64,000 nt of DNA from a bacterium (GTDB lineage: Bacteria; UBA8248): contig OY843592.1 in assembly GCA_963692865.2 (NCBI GenBank), positions 2,752,001 to 2,816,000 on the forward strand. The letters run 5' to 3'. Shown here piece after piece: positions 47,733-56,767 of this stretch (positions within the stretch are counted from its first letter, which is position 1; every line of letters begins with the position of its first letter). The notes under the pieces were generated by a model, which saw only the letters and a list, made by a program, of their open reading frames with translations, was not told the DNA's origin and searched no databases. The position numbers and the translations under genes were made by a program.

Positions 47733-48944
47733 ATGAAATTCATCCACAAACTCGGAATGCGGGGTCTCCTGTCGTTTCCTCCAGACATGGAACCCTTTGA
47801 GCTTCATGACCTCAATGTTCTTATCGGCCCGAACGGCTCCGGCAAATCGAACATCATCGAAGTCATTGAACTCCTTCGCGCCACGCCGACGGATTTCGCC
47901 GCCGCAATCCGGGACGGCGGCGGGGCGGAGGAATGGATTTGGAAAGGGGAAACCAATAACAGGGTTGCTGAAATAGAAATTGAAACCGGTGACATGTCCA
48001 CCGGTCTCAAGACGCCGACCGGGCGGGCTTTACGCTACCGCCTCGAGTTCGTGGACAACAATACTCGCGTCGAAGTACTCGACGAAGCGATTGAAGAGAC
48101 AAAACCTCTCCCTGGCAAAACAGATACTTATTTCTACTACCGTTTCCAACGGGGAAACCCCGCTGTCAACATAAGGGAACATGGCGAAACCATTCAGAAA
48201 GAAAAACCCCCTCGATGGATAGAAAGGCGTGAACTACAACCGGATCAGTCTGCTCTCAAACAAATCAAGGGGCCGGAATTATATCCAGAATTGACTTGGC
48301 TGGGACGACAATTTGAAGAAATCCAGATGCTGCGCGACTGGACCTTCGGGCGCTACACGAAACCACGTGAGGCACAACGGGTGGATTTGCGCGAAGACCG
48401 CCTCCTTGACGACTGCCGCAATCTCGCCCTTATCCTCAACAAAATCGAACACGAGCAGGTTTCACTTGAATTCAACAAGCTTCTCAAGCGCTTCTTTCCC
48501 TGCTTCGAGAATATGTCCACCAGGGTATCCGGTGGCAGGATACAGTTTTATCTGCATGAAACAGGCTTCCGCTCTGCAGTCCCGGCAACGCGTCTTTCTG
48601 ACGGGACGCTCCGGTTCGTCGCGCTCCTCGCCACGCTGCTGACGCCTTCGCCGCCGCCGCTGGTCTGCATCGACGAGCCGGAATTGGGACTTCACCCCGA
48701 CGCAATATCCCTCGTCGGTGATCTCATGGTCGAGGCATCCGAGCGCACCCAACTCATCGTCGCGACCCACTCGGATGCGCTTATCTCCGTCCTGTCCGGC
48801 AAACCGGATGCAGTAATCGCCTGCGAGAGGCTGGGCGAAGGAACGACGCTGCGTCGGCTCGACTCCGATAAGCTCGCGCACTGGCTGGAGGATTATGCGC
48901 TCGGCGACCTGTGGCGCATGGGGGAGTTGGGCGCTAATCCGTGA
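47733..48944 (+). CDS. ABC/SMC-type ATPase (AAA_21/AAA_15-like), candidate defence component
   Basis: Walker A IGPNGSGKSN, signature LSDGT, Walker B/D-loop CIDEPELGLHPD, H-loop ATHS, C-terminal LGDLWRMGELG. Confidence 0.92.
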   Translation: MKFIHKLGMRGLLSFPPDMEPFELHDLNVLIGPNGSGKSNIIEVIELLRATPTDFAAAIRDGGGAEEWIWKGETNNRVAEIEIETGDMSTGLKTPTGRALRYRLEFVDNNTRVEVLDEAIEETKPLPGKTDTYFYYRFQRGNPAVNIREHGETIQKEKPPRWIERRELQPDQSALKQIKGPELYPELTWLGRQFEEIQMLRDWTFGRYTKPREAQRVDLREDRLLDDCRNLALILNKIEHEQVSLEFNKLLKRFFPCFENMSTRVSGGRIQFYLHETGFRSAVPATRLSDGTLRFVALLATLLTPSPPPLVCIDEPELGLHPDAISLVGDLMVEASERTQLIVATHSDALISVLSGKPDAVIACERLGEGTTLRRLDSDKLAHWLEDYALGDLWRMGELGANP

Positions 48945-49555
48945 AAATCGCGATCTACATGGAAGGCGGAGGGCCAAAATCCAACTCCCAGGCCATGCTG
49001 CGCCAAGGAATGGATGCGTTTCTAGCGAAAATCAAAGACGCTTACTGCAAGAAGAAATGGAATTGGAAGCTGGTTCCTTGCGGGGGGCGAGACGAGGCGC
49101 ATAAACGTTTTCAAAACGAACGCAGAAACAACAACGCCGACATCATCGTGCTCCTGGTGGATTCGGAAACCAAAGTCTTCAAGAAACCCGCCGCTCACCT
49201 AGCAGCGCGTGACGGATGGAATTTCGACGGCGTCGACGGCGATTTTATCCACCTCATGGTTCAGACGATGGAGACGTGGATAGTCGCCGATCCGGAGGCA
49301 CTCGCTAGTTATTACGAGCAGGGCTTTCAAGCAAACACCCTGCCCCGCCACCAGAATCTTGAAGCGGTGAGAAAACGCGATATCGCACAGGCTCTAAATC
49401 GAGCCACTCAAAGAACGCGAAAGGGGAAATACCACAAAATCCAACATGCCAGACATCTCCTGCAACAAATCGATCCGGTGACCGTGCGCGAAAAGTGTCC
49501 ACATTGCGAACGGCTGTTCGAGATACTCCTCGGGCGCATGGATTCCGGCGTATAA
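48941..49555 (+). CDS. DUF4276-family (TOPRIM-like nuclease) partner of the ABC ATPase
   Basis: IYMEGGG, CGGR, LLVDSE, MVQTMETWIVAD, YHKIQH. GTG start overlaps the ATPase stop. Confidence 0.85.
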   Translation: MKIAIYMEGGGPKSNSQAMLRQGMDAFLAKIKDAYCKKKWNWKLVPCGGRDEAHKRFQNERRNNNADIIVLLVDSETKVFKKPAAHLAARDGWNFDGVDGDFIHLMVQTMETWIVADPEALASYYEQGFQANTLPRHQNLEAVRKRDIAQALNRATQRTRKGKYHKIQHARHLLQQIDPVTVREKCPHCERLFEILLGRMDSGV

Positions 49556-49571
49556 ATCAGAATCCTCACTC

Positions 49572-49598
49572 AGGAGCCGCAACTGTCGTTCGATTTTT
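49572..49598 (+). repeat. 27-bp direct repeat, right copy
   Basis: AGGAGCCGCAACTGTCGTTCGATTTTT followed by GA. Still encodes EPQLSFDF-stop. Confidence 0.9.
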
Positions 49599-49797
49599 GA
49601 TTTCTATAATCTGCTTTAGATAAACGACATTAGAACCTGAAATATAAAGTGAAAAAAATTCAAGCAATACGCCCGCTTGGAGCGATCTCCCGTTTCCCGC
49701 TTCGGGCGGTTGTTTTTCGTCCGGCGATTGGGTAAAGAAGTGATCTGGGCATACGCCATCATACAATCCAGAGCATATCGCAGAGGAGTTTCCCAAC

Positions 49798-50490
49798 ATG
49801 AGACCGGCTAACGATTCCGTCCCGAAACCCTGGGGACCGCTGGCGGGTTTTTGGTCCTGGCAATACCTGAACCTGTGGAAGACCGTCAAACTCGTCACGA
49901 GCAAACGGGTCAAGAGTTTTTACGAGAAATTCCCGGACGTCCTTCCTCCCGGCGCCTCCTTCCCCGACTTCGAGCTCAAGGACATCCGCGGGAACGTCCA
50001 CCGCATGGCGGATTATCTGGGGAAGAAATACGTGGTGATCACCACGGGCGCCATCACGTGACCGCCCTACAGGCGGCAGGTGCCGTTCTATGAGGAGTTG
50101 CAGGAGAAGTACGCGGAGCGCGACGTGGTGGTCTTCAATCTCTACGTGAGGGAACCCCACGCGGGCGAGCGCGGATTCCCCGAGATCAGAAACCACGAAT
50201 CCTACGAGCACAAGCGGAGCTACGCGCAGAAGCTGGCCGAGATCAAGAACATGGGGACCAACATCCTGATCGACGAGATGGACCAGAAGGTGCACGCCAT
50301 GCTCGGTGATTTGCCGAACACCATCTGGCTCATCGGCAAGGACGGAAAAGTCGCCTACAAGTGCACGTGGTCGAACGCCGAGCACGTGGATGAATATCTG
50401 GCCCGGATGGTGAACGAGGACCCCGAGTTCGAGGGGATGCCCGAAATGGAGCAGACCATCTTCACCGCCCGCGCCGGCACGGCCATCTAG
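49798..50490 (+). CDS. Deiodinase-like thioredoxin-fold selenoprotein (230 aa, Sec at TGA 50059-50061)
   Basis: ORFs 49798..50061 and 50080..50490 are in the same frame. Read-through gives PDFELKDIRG...VVITTGAIT-U-PPY...LYVREPHAGE...ILIDEMD...GDLPNTIWLIGKDGKVAY, matching the deiodinase GSxT-U-PPF / YIxEAH pattern. SECIS-like hairpin downstream. Confidence 0.88.
50062..50095 (+). promoter_or_regulatory. Candidate bacterial SECIS element
   Basis: GGCGGC-AGGT-GCCGTT stem-loop. The apical loop AGGU starts 16 nt after the UGA and contains GU. Confidence 0.6.
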
Positions 50491-50505
50491 CGAAACCGCT
50501 CGCCT

Positions 50506-50540
50506 GAAAGCGCCCCCGGAGCCGGGGGCGTTTTTCGTTT
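50506..50540 (+). terminator. Intrinsic terminator after the selenoprotein gene
   Basis: GCGCCCCCGG-AG-CCGGGGGCGT followed by TTTTCGTTT. Confidence 0.75.
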
Positions 50541-50567
50541 CCGCCACGAACGGAGGAAAACCCGGAC

Positions 50568-51092
50568 ATGGACGCGCCGACAATCATCAAGGAGCGCCTC
50601 GAAGCCTACGGCATGAGGCTCAGAGAAGTCATGGAAGACGTCACCGATGAAGACCTCATGCTCCAGCCCGGCCCGAACGACAACCCCATGGGCTGGCTCG
50701 TATGGCACATGACGCGCTTCGAGGACAGGACGTTCTCGTTCCTCGGCAAAACCCCGGAACTCTGGATAGAAGGGAAATGGCACGAGCGCTTCGGCATGGC
50801 GCCCGACCCCGAATGCACCGGCGTGGGCTTCACGCTCGAACAGGTCCTCGCGCTTCAGGTCGGCAAGGACGCCCTGATGGGCTATTTCGAAGCGGTGCGC
50901 GGGAAAACGCTCCCCTGCCTCTCGGGGCTGAGCGCGGCGGACCTCGACCGGGAGGAAATCGATTTCTACACCAAGAAACCCATCAAACTCGGCCTCGTCC
51001 TGGGGAGATTTCTCGGCGACCACCTCTCGCACGTGGGGCAGATCTGCTACCTGAGGGGCCACATCGCGGGCTGGGGGCGATATCCCGCATAG
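50568..51092 (+). CDS. DinB/YfiT-superfamily protein
   Basis: NPMGWLVWHMTRFED...HLSHVGQICYLRG gives the three-His metal site. Confidence 0.88.
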   Translation: MDAPTIIKERLEAYGMRLREVMEDVTDEDLMLQPGPNDNPMGWLVWHMTRFEDRTFSFLGKTPELWIEGKWHERFGMAPDPECTGVGFTLEQVLALQVGKDALMGYFEAVRGKTLPCLSGLSAADLDREEIDFYTKKPIKLGLVLGRFLGDHLSHVGQICYLRGHIAGWGRYPA

Positions 51093-51096
51093 TTCG

Positions 51097-52098
51097 CTAG
51101 TCGAGTTCTCCCAGTACCTTAAGCGCGCGCTTCACGTCCTCCTCGGGCGTCTCGTCGGGCACGCGGAAAAGCGGCTGCGTGACGCCCGTCTCCCTGAGAG
51201 CGGCCAGCATCTCGTTGCACCGGGATTTGGGGCCGCAGACGGCGAGGTCGTCCACCAGTTCGTCCGAGAGCGCCTCCCCCACCGCCCGGCGGCCGCCCTT
51301 CCGCCAGGCCGCGCGGATGTTGTCGGCGTCCTCCCCGTAGCCCCACCGCGTGAGCTGGGCGTGGTAGTAATCGCCCATCGCGCCGATGTAGAACCCGAGT
51401 TCGGGTTTGACGAGCGAACGCGCGCGCTCCAGATCGTCAAAGGGCGCCGTGTAGACGAAGGGAGCCACGTCGATTTCGGAGACCGCCCTGCCCGCCGATT
51501 CAGCGCCCTCCTCCAGGAATTCAAGCGCGTCCTTCGTCCTCGAAAAAGGAATGCAGAAAGGAATCCAGCCGTCCGCGATCTCTCCGGTCAGCCTCGTGTA
51601 GTTCGGACCATTCGACCCCAGATAAATGGGCAGACGCTCCTGCACCGGCTTTCGCCTGAGCTTGAAGCCGCTCATCCGGTAGATTTCGCCGTCCAGTTCC
51701 ACGCGCTCGCCCCGGAACGCCTGGCGCAGGGCTTCGACCATCTCCCGGGAGCGCTTGAGCGGACTGCCGAAGGGAATCCCGTGCCAGTTCTCGATCACCG
51801 CCTTGCCGCTCGAACCCAGCCCCAGATGGAAACGGCCATCGCTCAACACGTCGAGTTCCGCCGCCGTCTGCGCCATGAGGCCGGGCGTTCTCCCGTAGAT
51901 GTTGAACACCGCGGCGCCCAGCTTGAGCTTGTCCACCGCCTGCGCCGCCATGGCGATGAGTATGCTCCCGTCGCGCACCCAGGTCTCGGGAAACCAGAGC
52001 GAATCGACCCCCGATTCCTCGCACCACCGGGCGAACCGCGGCACGTCGCGCGCGTCGATGGTCTCCTGATGCCACAAAACGACCCCTTTTTTCGTCAT
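51097..52098 (-). CDS. Luciferase-like (LLM) flavin/F420-dependent oxidoreductase
   Basis: SLWFPETWVRD, RTPGLMAQTAAELD.LSDGRFHLGLG, PIYLG, TGEIADGW. Confidence 0.92.
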   Translation of the reverse strand: MTKKGVVLWHQETIDARDVPRFARWCEESGVDSLWFPETWVRDGSILIAMAAQAVDKLKLGAAVFNIYGRTPGLMAQTAAELDVLSDGRFHLGLGSSGKAVIENWHGIPFGSPLKRSREMVEALRQAFRGERVELDGEIYRMSGFKLRRKPVQERLPIYLGSNGPNYTRLTGEIADGWIPFCIPFSRTKDALEFLEEGAESAGRAVSEIDVAPFVYTAPFDDLERARSLVKPELGFYIGAMGDYYHAQLTRWGYGEDADNIRAAWRKGGRRAVGEALSDELVDDLAVCGPKSRCNEMLAALRETGVTQPLFRVPDETPEEDVKRALKVLGELD

Positions 52099-52142
52099 GA
52101 ACCGACTCCCTTTTGACAACGGCAACTCATCGAGTTTCGCGC

Positions 52143-52171
52143 TTGACAGACGCGAGCATCTTCCCTATAAA
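52143..52171 (+). promoter_or_regulatory. Sigma70 promoter for the DEAD-box helicase
   Basis: TTGACA-17bp-TATAAA, near consensus. Confidence 0.7.
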
Positions 52172-52179
52172 CACTCACC

Positions 52180-53904
52180 GTGAGAATAATCAAACGTTTA
52201 GCGAGCATCATAAGCTCCAAAAGCAAAGCAGAAGCCCCTGAAAGCCAGTCCAGTCCCAAGGTTCAGGAATCCGCTTCCATGTCATCCGCAGACAATGCCG
52301 CGCGGAAAGACCCGCATTCCGCCTCGACGTCCCCAAATGGTGAATCTCCCAAGAGACAAACCGACCCGCAGGAGACGAAGTCCGCGAAACCGCGCCGCAG
52401 GCGCAGGCGTTCGCGCGCAAAACAAAATAATGGAGAAACCTTGCATAAGCAAAACGCAACGAAAGTAGAATCGAAAAAACCGGAAAACGACGAGCAGCCA
52501 TCCAAAAACCGAAGGAAAAGAAGGCGCCGCAGCAAGAAAAAACCCGCAACAGTCGGAGCGCAGGCCGCGCCGCAATCCCCCCGGAAGGACACGGGCGCAT
52601 CGTATAACGGCATCACCTACCAGAAGGACCCCGCCGACCTCGGCGTAGGCGATTTCGACCCGGCCGAGGCGCCCGAGGGATTCCGGGAACTCGGCTTCAG
52701 CGCGGAGTTGCTCCGCGGGATTCATGCCCTCGGGTTCGGCGCGCCCACTCCCATCCAGCGGGAGGCGATTCCCGTCGCGCGCGAAGGCCGCGACATCATC
52801 GGCTGCGCCCAGACAGGCACGGGGAAAACGGCCTCGTTCGCCCTGCCGACGATCGAGCGGCTGCAAGGCGGGTCGGGGACGCGGTGCCTCGTCCTGACCC
52901 CCACGCGGGAGCTGGCCATCCAGGTCTCGGAGCAATTCCACAGGCTGGGGAAACACATCGAAACCTCGTGCGCCGTCATCTACGGCGGGGTGGACTACGA
53001 GCCGCAGTTCCAGGCCTTTCAGGAGAAAGTGGACATCGTCGTCGCCACGCCCGGCAGGCTGCTCGATCACCTCAACCGGAAATCCGTTCATTTCAGGAAA
53101 CTGGAGATACTCATCATCGACGAGGCCGACCGCATGCTGGACATGGGCTTCGCCGAGGAGATCACCGAAATCCTCAAACGCCTGCCTCAAAAGCGGCAGA
53201 CCATGCTCTTCTCCGCCACCATGCCCCCAAAAATCCAGGATCTGGCGAACCGCGCGGTGAGCGACCCGGCGCAAATCAACATCTCGCCGCCCTCGACCCC
53301 GGCGGAGGGCATCCACCACGGCGTCTACCCCATCAGCATGGCGAACAAGCCGCGCGGCGTGCTGGGCATCATCGACAAATACAACCCCACCAGCGTCCTC
53401 ATCTTTACGAGAACCAAGGCCGGGGCCGATGTGTTGTGCGATTTCCTGGTAAACGAGAAAATTTCCGTCGCCAAAATTCACTCCGACAGAAGCCAGCGCC
53501 AGAGGGAGAACGCGCTGGCGGGCTTTCGCCAGGGCAAGCACCGCATTCTCGTGGCGACGGATATCGTCTCGCGCGGCATCGACGTGACGGGCATCTCGCA
53601 CGTCATCAATTACGACGTGCCCGAATACCCCGAGGACTACGTGCACCGCGCGGGCAGGACGGCGCGCGCGGGCCGCATCGGCTACGCCATGACGCTCATG
53701 TCGCCCGGCGAAATCACGCCCGTCAAGAACATCGAGCGCTTCATCGGCAAGGCGCTGCCCAGGGTCGGCATCGAGGATTTCGCAGACGACATCCACCAGC
53801 AAAATCTCGAGAGTGAACCCAAGCCCCTGGTCGGACAACCCACCGTCGCGCGTTACGAGCGGCTCCGCAAAATGCCGCGCCGCACCGGCCTCTCGCTGCG
53901 CTAG
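52180..53904 (+). CDS. DEAD-box RNA helicase (RhlE-like core) with a long basic N-terminal extension
   Basis: Q motif PTPIQ, AQTGTGKT, PTRELA, TPGRL, DEAD, SAT, SRGID, YVHRAGRTAR. Confidence 0.95.
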   Translation: MRIIKRLASIISSKSKAEAPESQSSPKVQESASMSSADNAARKDPHSASTSPNGESPKRQTDPQETKSAKPRRRRRRSRAKQNNGETLHKQNATKVESKKPENDEQPSKNRRKRRRRSKKKPATVGAQAAPQSPRKDTGASYNGITYQKDPADLGVGDFDPAEAPEGFRELGFSAELLRGIHALGFGAPTPIQREAIPVAREGRDIIGCAQTGTGKTASFALPTIERLQGGSGTRCLVLTPTRELAIQVSEQFHRLGKHIETSCAVIYGGVDYEPQFQAFQEKVDIVVATPGRLLDHLNRKSVHFRKLEILIIDEADRMLDMGFAEEITEILKRLPQKRQTMLFSATMPPKIQDLANRAVSDPAQINISPPSTPAEGIHHGVYPISMANKPRGVLGIIDKYNPTSVLIFTRTKAGADVLCDFLVNEKISVAKIHSDRSQRQRENALAGFRQGKHRILVATDIVSRGIDVTGISHVINYDVPEYPEDYVHRAGRTARAGRIGYAMTLMSPGEITPVKNIERFIGKALPRVGIEDFADDIHQQNLESEPKPLVGQPTVARYERLRKMPRRTGLSLR

Positions 53905-54004
53905 CTCGATTCGGAAAATGCGAAAATGGAGAATGCGAGTCCGTATTTTCCGGCGGCCCGATATTGAACAAAGATATAATTCAGGATTTGTGTTCGCCCG
54001 CGTA

Positions 54005-54033
54005 TTGACCTCCGCCGGGGTCTGGGCTAGATT
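54005..54033 (+). promoter_or_regulatory. Candidate sigma70 promoter for hup
   Basis: TTGACC-17bp-TAGATT. Confidence 0.55.
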
Positions 54034-54107
54034 AGCCGTCAATTATCCCACAGGTTCAATGAACCCGAGAATTTCTATAAAGCCCGAACGTTCTGGGAGA
54101 CCATGAA

Positions 54108-54383
54108 ATGCAAAAATCCGACCTGATTGAAAAAATCGCCGGGGACGCCGGCATATCGAAAGCAGCGGCGGACCGCGCTCTCAAGTCCCTGCTCGACTCC
54201 GTAACGCAATCCCTGAAGAAGGGGGACCGCGTTTCCCTGGTCGGATTCGGAACCTTTTCTGTTTCCAGGCGCCCCGCGCGCACGGGACGCAATCCGCAAA
54301 CGGGCGAGACAATCTCCATCAAGGCGAGCAAGGCGCCCAAGTTCTCCGCAGGCAAGAGCCTCAAGGACGCAGTGAACAAATAA
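54108..54383 (+). CDS. hup: DNA-binding protein HU
   Basis: MQKSDLI...VSLVGFGTF...[10 protein letters not shown]...[13 protein letters not shown]. Confidence 0.97.
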   Translation: MQKSDLIEKIAGDAGISKAAADRALKSLLDSVTQSLKKGDRVSLVGFGTFSVSRRPARTGRNPQTGETISIKASKAPKFSAGKSLKDAVNK

Positions 54384-54430
54384 ACGCGGGCTCCTGAGGG
54401 CGGCTCGTACAGGAATCGCTACAGGGTAAA

Positions 54431-54478
54431 ACCCCCGACGCTGGAGGTGGAATGTCCCGCGTCGGGGATTTTTATTTT
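54431..54478 (+). terminator. Probable terminator after hup
   Basis: CCCCGACGC...GCGTCGGGG stem followed by ATTTTTATTTT. Confidence 0.55.
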
Positions 54479-54540
54479 CAAAAACATTTTGTGGCGGGCG
54501 CCTTCGCCTTTGCTCGGCATCGTTCTCTCTTCGTCCGTCG

Positions 54541-54923
54541 GGGGCTGTTGAAAAACCCCTCCTCACTCGGATTGACCACCGCCTTCATTGTCGTTTCGAT
54601 TGTAGGGGTCGCATAGTATGCGACCCGTATTGTGAAGGCGGAAAGGCCGGGCCGCATGATATGTCAGACATATATGTCTGACCTACAAAAACCGTTCCTC
54701 CCCGGTCGCATAAAACACTCGTTCATCAGGACTTTTTCAACAGACCTTGTCAGGGGGGTAAGAAAAAAAAACAAAAGCCCCCCAACCCGGCAGGGGGCAT
54801 CGCCTTTTTATGTCCCCCTGACAAGGGGGGTGATTTTAAGCCAACGAGAGGCGTAAAGATGGGTGGTTCTTCAATCGAGAGGAGCGTCCCCTCTACCTAT
54901 GGCAAGGGCTTTTTCAACAACAC
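54541..54923. repeat. MITE/REP composite; second copy of the 95-bp unit
   Basis: GGGGCTGTTGAAAAACCC at 54541, GTAGGGGTCGCATAGTATGCGACCC, GGACTTTTTCAACAGACC at about 54729, CTTGTCAGGGGG / CCCCCTGACAAG and GGCTTTTTCAACAAC at about 54907. Confidence 0.85.
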
Positions 54924-54948
54924 GATTTGGCGCTGCTTGGAAACAACC

Positions 54949-56037
54949 TCAGGCGAGGAAGTCCTTGAACTTCGAGAGGAAGCGCGCATTCTCCGCCTCG
55001 AGTCCGACGGTGACGCGAATCCATCCGGGATGCCCGAACGCGCTGCCGGGACGAACGATGACGCCTTCGCGCATCAGGGCGTCCGTCGCCGCGTCGCCCT
55101 CGCCCACGCGCACGAAGATGAAATTGGCCTGGCTCTCGACGTATTCGAGCCCCATCCCGCCGAACGCCGCATAGAGCGCTTCCCTCCCCGCCCGCACCAG
55201 AGCGACGGCGCGCTCCTTGTAGTCGTCGTCCTCCAGAGCGGCCAGGGCCGCCGCCTGCGCGAGCTGGTTCACGTTGAAGGGATCGCGAACGCGGTTCATG
55301 TACTCGACGACGCCCTCGCGGCTCACGGCGAAGCCCACGCGGAGGCCGGCCAGGCCGTAGATTTTCGAGAACGAGCGCAAAACGACGAGCGGAAAGCGGT
55401 CGATCAGGGAGACGCTGTCGGGATACGCCGGGTCGTCAACGAAATCGCCGTAGGCCTCATCCAGGAGCACGAGGAGGCCTTCGGGCAGTTTTTCGAGAAA
55501 GGAGACGAGTTCATCCTCGGCCAATATCCCGCCCGTGGGGTTGTTCGGCGAACACAGGAACACGATTTTCGTGCGCGCGGAAACGTTGTCGAGAACATCG
55601 CCCAAGTTTATTTTCATGTCCCGCAAGGGAGAGAAAACGACGCTCGCGCCCATCACCCGGCTCACGTGCGCATAGGGGCTGAAGGTGGGCCGGGGGATAA
55701 CCACCTCGTCGCCTTCGTTCAGGAACGTTCTGCCTAGGACGGAGAGCACGTCGTCGCCCCCGTTTCCCATGAACACCCGCGCCGGGGAGACGCCCAGTTT
55801 CTGCGCCAACCGGCCCGCCAGCGCCTTCGCCCCGCCGTCGGGATAGCGATGCAGGCCGTCGAGCGCGCCGCGAATCGCATCCATCGCGCCGGGCACGGGG
55901 CCGAGCGCGTTCTCGTTGCTGGCGAGCTTGACGACCTCGCTCAGCCCGTACTCGGCGGCCACCTCCTCGATGGAGCGCCCCGGAACATAAGCCTCAAGCG
56001 AGGAGACGCCTTTTCTCAGTAACTCTTCCACGTTCAC
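54949..56037 (-). CDS. hisC: Histidinol-phosphate aminotransferase
   Basis: YVPG, KLASNEN, RYPD, CSPNNPTG, LDEAY, RSFSKIYGLAGLRVG, WIRVTVG. Confidence 0.95.
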   Translation of the reverse strand: MNVEELLRKGVSSLEAYVPGRSIEEVAAEYGLSEVVKLASNENALGPVPGAMDAIRGALDGLHRYPDGGAKALAGRLAQKLGVSPARVFMGNGGDDVLSVLGRTFLNEGDEVVIPRPTFSPYAHVSRVMGASVVFSPLRDMKINLGDVLDNVSARTKIVFLCSPNNPTGGILAEDELVSFLEKLPEGLLVLLDEAYGDFVDDPAYPDSVSLIDRFPLVVLRSFSKIYGLAGLRVGFAVSREGVVEYMNRVRDPFNVNQLAQAAALAALEDDDYKERAVALVRAGREALYAAFGGMGLEYVESQANFIFVRVGEGDAATDALMREGVIVRPGSAFGHPGWIRVTVGLEAENARFLSKFKDFLA

Positions 56038-56142
56038 AGTCTTGCACCTCTCTTTACCGTCTTCGCCTCAAACTCCTCGAACGGCGAACATATAGACCAT
56101 TCAAGGCGATTTGACCATACACTCCCAGACGGGCGCGCACAT

Positions 56143-56640
56143 GGGGTTGTTGCCCCCCTGACAGGGATTTTTGAAAAACCTAATTCCGTGAGCGGGCGAA
56201 TTTGGCGCTTCCTCATCAGTCGCGTTTGACCCTCCCTACTCGGTCGAATCAAACCCTCATCTTGCGTGGCTGCCGTATCGATCTCACCCTGAGTAGCCGC
56301 CGAAGGCGGCGTATCGAAGGGCGCTCCCCTTCGATACGTTGACGACAGGCCCTTCGACGTGCTCCTTATGCGCTCCCTCGATACGGCGCGCAAGCGCGCC
56401 TGCTCGGGATGAGGAAGTTAGTACGCGCAAGGGTGGCAAATGCGCCACAGGCGCTTTTCCCTTGATGGGCTTTTTCAACAACCCTGGCAAGGGGGGTGGG
56501 GGTTCGGAGGGAATCACACTTCACCAGCCCCACTCCCTCGGCTTGAAAAGCATCCCCCTTACTGCTCTCGCCTTGAAAGGCAACCCCCCTGTCAGGGGGT
56601 AAAAACGATGCCTCCGGCGAGGGATTTTTTAACAACCCCA
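56143..56640. repeat. MITE/REP composite
   Basis: GGGATTTTTGAAAAACC, CCTCATCAGTCGCGTTTGACC, CCCTGAGTAGCCGCCGAAGGCGGCGTATCGAAGG, GGCTTTTTCAACAACCC and GATTTTTTAACAACCCC. Confidence 0.8.
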
Positions 56641-56767
56641 CATAGAGCCCCCTTACGAAGGAACCGCACATCGTCATACGCCATGAAGCCCGGAATGTCG
56701 ATGCGTTGCCCTCGGTGAGGGGGACGGGATAGAATATCCCTAACCAGCCGTCGAACGGAGACTCGTC

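Noticed and set aside
54386-54478. Possible small RNA downstream of hup
   Set aside because: Only the terminal stem plus U-tract is convincing, which a terminator explains.
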